Of a DNA stretch of 64,000 nt, positions 29,129-36,866 are shown one piece after another (the stretch's first letter is position 1; each line of letters starts with the position of its first letter). The notes beneath the pieces were generated by a model that was given only the letters and a program-made list of their open reading frames with translations, searched no databases and had not been told where the DNA came from. The translations under genes were made by a program, and so were the position numbers. This DNA comes from Escherichia coli (GTDB lineage: Bacteria; Pseudomonadota; Gammaproteobacteria; Enterobacterales; Enterobacteriaceae). The stretch is taken from NCBI RefSeq assembly GCF_003019035.1, contig NZ_CP027447.1. One strand, written 5' to 3'.

Positions 29129-30043
29129 TTATGCCTCCAGCCCGTTAATCTGTGGCGTCGGCTCAGTCAGCCATGAAGGCGCGACATCGCCTGTTGGCTC
29201 GTCCGGCAGGTCAAATGTGGAGCGCAGGCTACGCGCTGTGCTTTCCAGTTGACAGACCAGGCCTGCCATGAAGTCTCTGGGGGTATCAATCATGTTTTCA
29301 GCACAATATGCGCACAGCGTCTCAAAAGCGCTGGACAGTCGAACGGCGATAGCAGATTCCGCCTCAACCGCTAATGCTGTCACTTCCGCCCGCAGCTTCT
29401 TAACCTCTTCATCAGGCTCAGGCGGCTGAATACGGGATTTCTTCTCCAGTTTTGTGGAAAGCGAGTCGATTTTTTCGTTTTTGTCGGCCAGCACGCGCTG
29501 TTGTGCTGCGTTGGTTTCGCGGGCTTCGCGCAGGGCCTGACGCAATTCACGTACTGACATGCGATCAACGTCGTCAAGCGTCAGGCCGGCAACTGTGCCG
29601 CCGTCGGCCAATTCATCAAGTTCTTCATTATCCAGAACCATCAGGTCGTACAGTTTGGCTTTCCCCAAAACGCTCAACGTTGAGCGTTTTGTTGGCTCAT
29701 CACCTTCTCCCAAAAACTTCATACTGGCTTGCATCATGCGGCGAGCAACTTGTGGTGCAAGTCCGAGTTCATTTTCTAAAATGTTTGTAAAATCACCGTG
29801 TGGCTCATTTTCTTTTAAGATGATCAGCCGTTTACCCGCTTCCAGCATAGATTCAGCACTCTGCGCCATATAAAAACGTGCTTCGTGAACAATGCGATCA
29901 CGTTCATAAGGCAGTCCATCACCAAACTGCTGCATAATTTCCATGCGATGCTGTGTCATAGCGTTCAAATTGACATTGATGTTATCTGACAGCGGAACCT
30001 CAACATTCAGTTCAGTGTTAACGGGTGATTTGGTGCGTCCCAT
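29129..30043 (-). CDS. Hypothetical conserved early protein (304 aa, coiled-coil C-terminal half)
   Basis: ORF between the Ner-like genes and the transposase. Confidence 0.5.
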   Translation of the reverse strand: MGRTKSPVNTELNVEVPLSDNINVNLNAMTQHRMEIMQQFGDGLPYERDRIVHEARFYMAQSAESMLEAGKRLIILKENEPHGDFTNILENELGLAPQVARRMMQASMKFLGEGDEPTKRSTLSVLGKAKLYDLMVLDNEELDELADGGTVAGLTLDDVDRMSVRELRQALREARETNAAQQRVLADKNEKIDSLSTKLEKKSRIQPPEPDEEVKKLRAEVTALAVEAESAIAVRLSSAFETLCAYCAENMIDTPRDFMAGLVCQLESTARSLRSTFDLPDEPTGDVAPSWLTEPTPQINGLEA

Positions 30044-30053
30044 TGATTACTCC

Positions 30054-30425
30054 TTACAAACGACTACCTGAAATAACTCGTTGGTTGATTTCGTTAATAC
30101 GATCCTGTGCACGCGCCATCTCGTGACTGTGAGCCATGGCGATCTGTAGTAACTGGATTCCCGGTGCGAAACGTCCGTTCTCTAATTTCATGGCCAGTCC
30201 CTCTTCAATAAGGGTATTAAGTGCTCGATTGATATTCGCCGGGGACTCCCCCAGGGCTGATGCCAGTTCACCGTTAGAAACACCGTTCAGAGCATGACCG
30301 CGTAGAGCTTTGAGTACACGTAGGATGCGGCTCCCGGAACTGGAAATATTTACTTTACTCATGTCACATTTCCATTTTTGCAATATGTGATAACCTGTTG
30401 CATATGTGGAAAATTTATGCCGCAT
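30054..30425 (-). CDS. Putative winged-helix DNA-binding protein
   Basis: SRILRVLKALRGHALNGVSNGELASALGESPANINRALNTLIEEGL resembles MarR/IclR-type wHTH; start uncertain (alternative Met at 30362). Confidence 0.45.
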   Translation of the reverse strand: MRHKFSTYATGYHILQKWKCDMSKVNISSSGSRILRVLKALRGHALNGVSNGELASALGESPANINRALNTLIEEGLAMKLENGRFAPGIQLLQIAMAHSHEMARAQDRINEINQRVISGSRL

Positions 30426-30603
30426 TTGACGTGGGTTTTAATCCCAGTTTTACGGCAATTTCATGGGCTTTGCCGTAACGAGCTTTGGTCTGTCCATTGA
30501 GAACACGATAGACCTCATTGCGGCTGTAGCCGTGTTCTTCGGCCCAGCGGGTAAACGTGATACCACGCTGACGGAAGAGATTTTTAACTTGTTCGGAAGT
30601 CAT
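30415..30603 (-). CDS. Small HTH DNA-binding protein in the Ner position (first gene of the early operon)
   Basis: 62 aa with AGGAG RBS; divergent from the repressor gene. Confidence 0.55.
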   Translation of the reverse strand: MTSEQVKNLFRQRGITFTRWAEEHGYSRNEVYRVLNGQTKARYGKAHEIAVKLGLKPTSNAA

Positions 30604-30689
30604 TGTTGTCTCCTTTGTTGATGCAATGATGTTTGTTTTATATGTGATAGATTATGTGAACTATTGTTCTCATTGTCAATGAGGTTTAT
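30604..30689. promoter_or_regulatory. Divergent early/repressor promoter-operator region
   Basis: 86 bp AT-rich spacer between divergent starts; three direct copies of TATGTGA (30641, 30653, 30687). Confidence 0.55.
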
Positions 30690-31115
30690 GTGAATTTTGA
30701 TTCTCTTTGCGCGTCGCGGTTCAAAGCTGAGCGTTCGCGGTTATCACTCAAGCAGGCTGAAGTAGCAGCCCTTTGTGGCGTTTCAAGAGAAATGTGGGGG
30801 AAATATGAACGAGGGGTTGCTGTTCCCGGAGGTGAGTTACTTGCAGCCTTTGCAAGAATTGGGGCCAATGTACAGTTCATTCTTACCGGGGAGTCATCAG
30901 GTATAACTTTATCACGTGATGAAATGGAGTTACTGCAGCACTACCGGCAAGCACCGTTACAGGTCAAAGGTTCAGTTTTGTCGGCTTTGACTACTGGCTC
31001 CTCCAGAGAACGGGCGGAACAGGTTATTCATGGAGATGTTCTGGGGAATGTTATCAAAGGTAACGTAACCATAGGAACAGGTGGAATAATGAACAAAAAT
31101 ACCAAGAGAAGATGA
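30690..31115 (+). CDS. Prophage repressor (XRE-family HTH)
   Basis: GTG start with GAGG RBS; HTH LSLKQAEVAALCGVSREMWGKYERG; divergent from the transposition operon. Confidence 0.75.
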   Translation: MNFDSLCASRFKAERSRLSLKQAEVAALCGVSREMWGKYERGVAVPGGELLAAFARIGANVQFILTGESSGITLSRDEMELLQHYRQAPLQVKGSVLSALTTGSSRERAEQVIHGDVLGNVIKGNVTIGTGGIMNKNTKRR

Positions 31116-32098
31116 GTAAAGAGAAGCAAACAGTTAACGGGGATGTGGGTAACGTTGTCAGCGGTGATGTTACCATTCATAACTATTCTGCTGACATACT
31201 TCCTTCTGCCCAGCAACCAATTTCGTTGCTGCAAAAACGCGATTTACACAGATTGATGGATGAATTGGTTGATCTGGGGGAAAGTAAGCGCGAGCTATGG
31301 ATGACGATCCACACGAAACTTAATACCAAAACAGTTAATGAAATGACTGCGGCTGATTATCATGGTGCGGTTGAGATCCTTCAGAGATATGCACAACAGA
31401 TCCAGAATATGAAGGACTGTAATCTTCTGGTCAGCAAAATAATGGCGCTTACTGACCCTGGGTATCGTCTTGACCGTGACAGATACTGTCTGAAGCATTT
31501 CGGTACAACCCATCTTAAAGGCCTGGACAAAGAGCAGTTGCAGGCTGTGTTTGGTTATTTTGATGATCTGCTGAATATTCGTGATGAGAGTAAAACTCTA
31601 TCACCTCCATCGGAAAGCGGTGCAAAATCAGTCGCAACTGTACCAACCAGAAGCCGGAAGCCTCATGTAGTAGTGTTGGGGGGAGCGTTAGTTCTTGTAG
31701 CAATATTTTTCGTGGGAATGATTGTGTTCGCTGGTAAATGGGGAAATGCTAAAGCAGTAGCTTCTACTGAAACCAGCGTTTTTAACATTAAAACCAACGA
31801 CAAAATAATAGAAGATTCCATCCCCGCACTGCGCAGCATGTTTCCAGGATTAAATAAGTACTCAGATGATTTCCATTCGGTTTCAAGCTACAAGCAAAAA
31901 ACGGGCTGGCATACCCTTAAATTTACTGTATCAGCAAAGGCATCCGTCCCCGAAAATTATAGTGTTAAGGGCAAGGTTTGTTACATTAACATAAACCCTG
32001 ATGGTAGTTATGCTCGGGTTTTGACTGCTCCATGTCGTTCACTGCTACTTGATCAGCAAAGCACTCCTGACAGTAAGTACCGTTTTATTCTTAAATAG
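31112..32098 (+). CDS. Hypothetical single-pass membrane protein (moron), translationally coupled to the repressor
   Basis: ATGA overlap with the repressor stop; markedly AT-rich; one TM segment (VVVLGGALVLVAIFFVGMIVFAG) between N- and C-terminal domains. Confidence 0.6.
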   Translation: MSKEKQTVNGDVGNVVSGDVTIHNYSADILPSAQQPISLLQKRDLHRLMDELVDLGESKRELWMTIHTKLNTKTVNEMTAADYHGAVEILQRYAQQIQNMKDCNLLVSKIMALTDPGYRLDRDRYCLKHFGTTHLKGLDKEQLQAVFGYFDDLLNIRDESKTLSPPSESGAKSVATVPTRSRKPHVVVLGGALVLVAIFFVGMIVFAGKWGNAKAVASTETSVFNIKTNDKIIEDSIPALRSMFPGLNKYSDDFHSVSSYKQKTGWHTLKFTVSAKASVPENYSVKGKVCYININPDGSYARVLTAPCRSLLLDQQSTPDSKYRFILK

Positions 32099-32410
32099 AA
32101 AATAACAGCTGAATTACCATGGGAGCAGAAAAAAGACAAAGGCGATATCATGCTGCGTTCTAAAATTTTAATGTAAAAGGTGATGAACATGGCAGGGATT
32201 CAGGTTATCGCAGGAAGTTTTCCTAAAGGGTGGGCAAGCATGGGGTTCGGTACCATCGTGTTTGCCACCAATCCATGGAACGATGGGTAATGTCTGCATT
32301 TTCATAATCTGTAAGCCTTTTACAATTATTAAAAATATGGCAGGCTAGTCTGGTCTCGCGAGACTGACTGAACCTCGGTCGGCTCACAGTGCATTCCTGT
32401 GGGACGATGG

Positions 32411-32447
32411 CCAGCCCGGCTTTCGGGTGCCGGGCTGGTCGTTCTTT
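32411..32447 (+). terminator. Putative rho-independent terminator
   Basis: Perfect 10 bp stem ccagcccggc/gccgggctgg with 8 nt loop, followed by tcgttctttc. Confidence 0.5.
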
Positions 32448-32494
32448 CATGATGCGGCAGGGATAGTGGGATTTCTGTTAATGTGGTTTAGGGA

Positions 32495-32710
32495 TTATCC
32501 GGGGTGATTGTCTGCCTTTATCTGGTCCAGGGCATAAGTGATCCCTTCAGCAAAAACAGAAGTATCGAACTGCTTTTGTATTTCCTGAAAATGAACAGTG
32601 GCACGACAGATACTCAGTTCTCCGCGATGTAACCGGATAATATCTTCCAGAACATTGTTCACTGCTTCGGCACGGCGCTGATGTTCTGTTAACGTTAATC
32701 GGGGATTCAT
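32495..32710 (-). CDS. Hypothetical small protein (71 aa)
   Basis: Strong AGGAG RBS 7 nt before ATG. Confidence 0.5.
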   Translation of the reverse strand: MNPRLTLTEHQRRAEAVNNVLEDIIRLHRGELSICRATVHFQEIQKQFDTSVFAEGITYALDQIKADNHPG

Positions 32711-33113
32711 GATGCACTCCTTAAATGATGATTTTTATGTACTCACCGGCAAAATATTCTGCCGATTACTGAACACGCATCCGGCACCTCAGGTTTTGAT
32801 TTATTCTGGTTTTTTCGATATCCCGGACCAGGTTGATCACGACCAGAAAAAGTGCCGGTATTTTATTGATACGCTGATATGGCTTCGGGATAACAGCTAT
32901 ATTCGTTACTCTCAGTTGCTGGCTGTGGGAGCGGCTGATGTCGTCCTCACGGAAAAAACGCTCTGTCTGCTCAATGCCATGCCGACCTTTCTGCAGCCCC
33001 GGCCCGTACCATTTAAAGAGTTGCTTCTGGATGCAGTAAAAACCGGCGAAAATGCAGTCATCGCTGAATGCGTATCCCGGATTATGCGTTACGTGTTTAA
33101 TGAACGTAAGTGA
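32709..33113 (+). CDS. Hypothetical protein (134 aa), uncertain
   Basis: Only long ORF in the 380 bp gap; weak RBS; start overlaps the divergent 71 aa gene and 3' end overlaps the convergent NTPase gene. Confidence 0.3.
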   Translation: MMHSLNDDFYVLTGKIFCRLLNTHPAPQVLIYSGFFDIPDQVDHDQKKCRYFIDTLIWLRDNSYIRYSQLLAVGAADVVLTEKTLCLLNAMPTFLQPRPVPFKELLLDAVKTGENAVIAECVSRIMRYVFNERK

Positions 33114-33832
33114 GGTTTATCTGCTGTCTGCATAATCCCGATAGCCAGTGCGAGGGGAAGTAATTCCGGGGAAACTCTTTCAAACAGCGATGCCCATTCT
33201 CCTCTCGCCATCACTCTGTCCAGCCCGCCCCCCAGCTGCATTTCAGCAATCTTCCTGATTTCCCGGAACAACGCCGCTTTGATCTCTTCATGCTCAGCTT
33301 TATTTTCCGGTGTCAGAATGTATTCGTCGAAGAACCGGGGAGGCTGGTTAACGGGGATTGTGTTTACCGGGATGTGTTCCTGTTTCCCGTACTTCGGGGA
33401 CGAACAACATTCTGTTGGCTGACCGGTGAGTTTACGTAACTCCTTCATGAGCAGCTCCTGATCGTAAACTGTCATCAGTGCCGCAATGGTGGCATGCAGT
33501 GCATCGGGCAGTATCCAGGGTTGCCGGCCCGTGGGGCATATAACATCCAGTAGCTCATTCGTCCGACAGATACGCTCCTCTCCGTATGACAACAGGCCCT
33601 GTCCCGTGTATTCCTCCAGCCTGATCACTGTGCCAGCCCGTGGCTTCTGCCAGGTCGTCAGATCATCGCCACTCATACGGCGCTCATTCTCCACGTCAGC
33701 AGCATCGACAATGACGCTGTTTCCGAGTTCCTGTTTCACCACTTCCTCTATCCGCGCCAGTACGTAACTTTTACCGCTGCCCACAGGACCGGACACGGTG
33801 ACAGTGATGACCGGATTCAGTGTATGTGTCAT
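33089..33832 (-). CDS. P-loop NTPase/kinase-like protein (247 aa)
   Basis: N-terminal Walker A VSGPVGSGKSY and probable Walker B VIVDAAD; strong AGGAG RBS. Confidence 0.55.
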   Translation of the reverse strand: MTHTLNPVITVTVSGPVGSGKSYVLARIEEVVKQELGNSVIVDAADVENERRMSGDDLTTWQKPRAGTVIRLEEYTGQGLLSYGEERICRTNELLDVICPTGRQPWILPDALHATIAALMTVYDQELLMKELRKLTGQPTECCSSPKYGKQEHIPVNTIPVNQPPRFFDEYILTPENKAEHEEIKAALFREIRKIAEMQLGGGLDRVMARGEWASLFERVSPELLPLALAIGIMQTADKPHLRSLNT

Positions 33833-33962
33833 GTTGCATTCTCCTCTGTGAATAATTCATCGTTTATCCTGCACATCCCGTATCCCCGGCTCTCTTAACG
33901 CGCTTTAAAATCCTTCGCGCCCTGTATTTGTGATGCTGTCTCCACCAGACAAGGAGACACAC

Positions 33963-34313
33963 ATGAAAAACCTGAAAAAATTCATTCCCCCTGTTAAAAA
34001 ACCTCGCCTCAGCGGCTGGCTGCTGACCTCAGTGCTGTTGCTGGGCACCATCGCTCTGGTCTCGCCACAGCAGCTGCCTGTTGTGATCTACAAGCTGGCA
34101 CTCATCACGCTGGCAGCAGTGCTGGGTTACTGGCTTGACCGTTCACTCTTCCCCAAAGCCCGTCCCGGTCAGTACCTGAAACATGAAGACAGGCTGATGG
34201 CTGAAGGGCGTTTCCCTGTGCAGACCGGCCTTCACCTTGTATTTTCTGCTGCGTTAATCCGCCGTGCACTGATTGTTGCAGCGGTCTGTCTGGCTGTGGC
34301 AACAGGACTGTGA
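33963..34313 (+). CDS. Putative holin-like membrane protein
   Basis: AAGGAGA RBS; hydrophobic segments; immediately upstream of the endolysin. Confidence 0.4.
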   Translation: MKNLKKFIPPVKKPRLSGWLLTSVLLLGTIALVSPQQLPVVIYKLALITLAAVLGYWLDRSLFPKARPGQYLKHEDRLMAEGRFPVQTGLHLVFSAALIRRALIVAAVCLAVATGL

Positions 34314-35038
34314 CCATGAACTGGCCTCAAATCACCCTCATTATTCTGTTCGCCTTTGGTCTGGGCGTAACCGCCATCAGACACGGAGAACCACGTAACG
34401 ATAAATACAGCTTCTGGTGGCAGCTTGCTGGCAACCTGGTGATTGTCTGGCTGCTCTGGTGTGGCGGCTTCTTCAGTCAGGCCCGCGCAGCGCAGCCTCC
34501 GCAGGCTGCGCTGCAGTATCGCGATGATGTGATCCGTAATGCCCGGCTTGAATGGGGACTGTCTGCGCCGGTGGCCGATTTCGCTGCGCAACTGCATCAG
34601 GAAAGCGGCTGGCGACCTGATGCGGTCTCGCCGGCTGGCGCTCAGGGACTGGCGCAGTTCATGCCCGCCACTGCTGACTGGATAAGTCAGCTGATGCCGG
34701 GGCTTAACAGCCGTGAGCCGTTTAATCCGGCATGGGCCATCCGGGCGCTGGTCAGCTATGACCGCTGGCTGTGGCAGCGCGTCAGCGCCGCCAGTGACTG
34801 CGAACGTATGGCCATGACACTGTCGGGCTATAACGGTGGTCTGGGCTGGGTACAACGGGACAGGCAGCTAGCATCACAGAAAGGCCTGGACAGTACCCGC
34901 TGGTTCGGGCATGTCGCCACGGTGAATGCCGGACGCAATGCTGCCAGCTGGCGGGAGAACCGCCATTATCCGCAGCGCATCCTGCACGAACTGGCCCCCC
35001 GTTATCTGACATGGGGGGGCGGCAGCTGTGTGGACTAA
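34310..35038 (+). CDS. Endolysin, soluble lytic transglycosylase (SLT) family
   Basis: SLT motif ESGWRPDAVSPAGAQGLAQFMPATA. Confidence 0.75.
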   Translation: MTMNWPQITLIILFAFGLGVTAIRHGEPRNDKYSFWWQLAGNLVIVWLLWCGGFFSQARAAQPPQAALQYRDDVIRNARLEWGLSAPVADFAAQLHQESGWRPDAVSPAGAQGLAQFMPATADWISQLMPGLNSREPFNPAWAIRALVSYDRWLWQRVSAASDCERMAMTLSGYNGGLGWVQRDRQLASQKGLDSTRWFGHVATVNAGRNAASWRENRHYPQRILHELAPRYLTWGGGSCVD

Positions 35039-35681
35039 CCTGCTAAAAAATCTGCCGTGGCGCAGTCTGCTGCTGGCTGTGCTCATAAATGCTTTTCTGA
35101 TTGGACTTTATTACCTGGGCTACAAAAGCGGGCATGAAAACGCCACGCGCGACGGCGATAAGGCGATCAGTGAGTTGCAGTCAGCATTCGACACATACAA
35201 AACGGAGCAGGCAATGCTTGAGAACGCTGCGTTGCGAGCATGGGCAAAACGGTATCAGGAGCAGGTGGCCGCCGGGCAGCGGGCTGAAGCCGGTTATCTT
35301 GAGCAGATTGCTCAACTGGAGAGCCGGAACAAACAACTACAGGGGCAAATTAACGATGTCACACAGCGCTGGATTGATGAAAAAGGTAAGAGCCATCCCA
35401 TTGAGTGCGTGTTTACTCGCGGTTTCGTGCGCCAGTACAACGCCGCACTCGGGTATGACAACGCATCCGTCGACACCGGTCATTCAGACGCAACTGCCGC
35501 CGCTGGCACCGGCACTGGCGCAGCGACCGGGCAACCTGAAACCGCTGACGCCCGGTTACGCAATTCGGGTGTCTCCCAGCGTGACGTCCTCGCCAACATC
35601 ATCGACAACGCAGGGCAATGTCGTCGCTGGCGAAACCAGATAAACGCGCTGCTGGATGAACGGGAAGGATTACAGAAATGA
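35028..35681 (+). CDS. Putative i-spanin (Rz-like)
   Basis: GTG start; N-terminal TM anchor then coiled-coil; follows the endolysin. Confidence 0.5.
   Translation: MWTNLLKNLPWRSLLLAVLINAFLIGLYYLGYKSGHENATRDGDKAISELQSAFDTYKTEQAMLENAALRAWAKRYQEQVAAGQRAEAGYLEQIAQLESRNKQLQGQINDVTQRWIDEKGKSHPIECVFTRGFVRQYNAALGYDNASVDTGHSDATAAAGTGTGAATGQPETADARLRNSGVSQRDVLANIIDNAGQCRRWRNQINALLDEREGLQK
35377..35643 (+). CDS. Putative o-spanin (Rz1-like lipoprotein) embedded in the i-spanin gene
   Basis: Alternate frame inside 35028..35681; lipoprotein signal MKKVRAIPLSACLLAVSC and proline-rich mature part. Confidence 0.5.
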   Translation: MKKVRAIPLSACLLAVSCASTTPHSGMTTHPSTPVIQTQLPPLAPALAQRPGNLKPLTPGYAIRVSPSVTSSPTSSTTQGNVVAGETR

Positions 35682-36004
35682 CACTGCAGGTTGAATTCTG
35701 GACGGTGGTGAGTTTTCTGCTCACCTTCATGGGGTTTGTTGGAGGGCTCGCCAAATGGTTGTTCAGTAAAACAGAAGAACGCCAGGCGGCACGATTCGCC
35801 TCCCTTGAACAGGCCCTGCAACAGTCCGCCTCCAACTGGGGCGAGCTGGAAAAGGAATTTATGCGATTTAAAGCGGATTTACCGCTGAATTATGTCCGTC
35901 GCGAGGATTATATCCGTGGCCAGACAGTCATCGAGGCCAAACTGGACGCACTTTACAACAAACTGGAAGTGGTACAGCAGTACCGCAATACCGGAGGTCA
36001 ATAA
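35678..36004 (+). CDS. Hypothetical membrane protein (N-terminal TM, coiled-coil)
   Basis: ORF overlapping the spanin stop. Confidence 0.45.
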   Translation: MTLQVEFWTVVSFLLTFMGFVGGLAKWLFSKTEERQAARFASLEQALQQSASNWGELEKEFMRFKADLPLNYVRREDYIRGQTVIEAKLDALYNKLEVVQQYRNTGGQ

Positions 36005-36315
36005 TGGTCGATATTACCCGGGTACGCCGCGAATCCCTGCGCTGGAGTCTGCTGGTTGCCCTGAACAAAACCCGCCCTTACACCGCCAGCGAAACGTTGC
36101 TGCTGGACGTGTCCCGTGCCATCTACCCGGACACCACGCAACTGGAGCTGCGCCGGGAGCTTGATTATCTGGCAGATCGCAAAATGGTGGAGCTGGAGAA
36201 GAGACCGTCCGGTGACTGGTTTGCCGATCTGAGTCGCCTTGGTGTGGATATTGTGGAATACACCGTGGAATGCGGCCCGGGTATTGCCCGCCCGGAAAAA
36301 TACTGGAGTGAGTGA
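36004..36315 (+). CDS. Hypothetical protein (103 aa)
   Basis: ORF in operon context upstream of the packaging genes. Confidence 0.45.
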   Translation: MVDITRVRRESLRWSLLVALNKTRPYTASETLLLDVSRAIYPDTTQLELRRELDYLADRKMVELEKRPSGDWFADLSRLGVDIVEYTVECGPGIARPEKYWSE

Positions 36316-36866
36316 TTATGGGACGTCGCAGCAGCATTGATTCTCTGCCGACGGAGGTCCGCCGCTGGCTGGAGCGGGCACTGACGGAGAATAACTTCAG
36401 TGGATATGCCCGGCTGGAAGCCCTGCTGAAGGAGAAGGGATACGTCATCACCCGCTCTTCCCTGCAGCGGTTTGGCTACAAAATGGAGCGACAACTGGCC
36501 CGCATCCGCGCCGCCACCGAGGCCGCGCGTCTGATGGCGCAGGAAGCCGGTGACGAGGCGGACGATCGTTCTGCCGGGATGATGGCACTGATTCAGACCG
36601 AGATGCTGGATGTTCTGATGCGTCTGCAGGAAATCGGGGAAAGTGATGATCCTGCAAAACGCGCAAAACTGCTGGCCACTGCTTCGGAAAGTATAGCCAC
36701 ACTGGTACGGGCTTCGGTGACCCACAAGCGATTCCGGGCCGAGGTGCTGGCAAAAATTGAGGCGCGGATGAATGCTCTGGAAAAACAGGCGAAGTCCGGC
36801 GACACCCGCCTGAGTCTGGAAACCCTGAAGATGGTGCGGGAACAGATTTACGGGGTGATCTCATGA
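36312..36866 (+). CDS. Mu gp27-like protein (possible terminase small subunit)
   Basis: 184 aa immediately upstream of and overlapping the terminase large subunit. Confidence 0.5.
   Translation: MIMGRRSSIDSLPTEVRRWLERALTENNFSGYARLEALLKEKGYVITRSSLQRFGYKMERQLARIRAATEAARLMAQEAGDEADDRSAGMMALIQTEMLDVLMRLQEIGESDDPAKRAKLLATASESIATLVRASVTHKRFRAEVLAKIEARMNALEKQAKSGDTRLSLETLKMVREQIYGVIS

Noticed and set aside
35101-35643. Full 180 aa alternate-frame ORF inside the spanin gene
   Set aside because: Only the C-terminal ~88 codons, starting at the Met before the lipoprotein signal, look like a real embedded o-spanin; the upstream part is probably an open-frame artefact.
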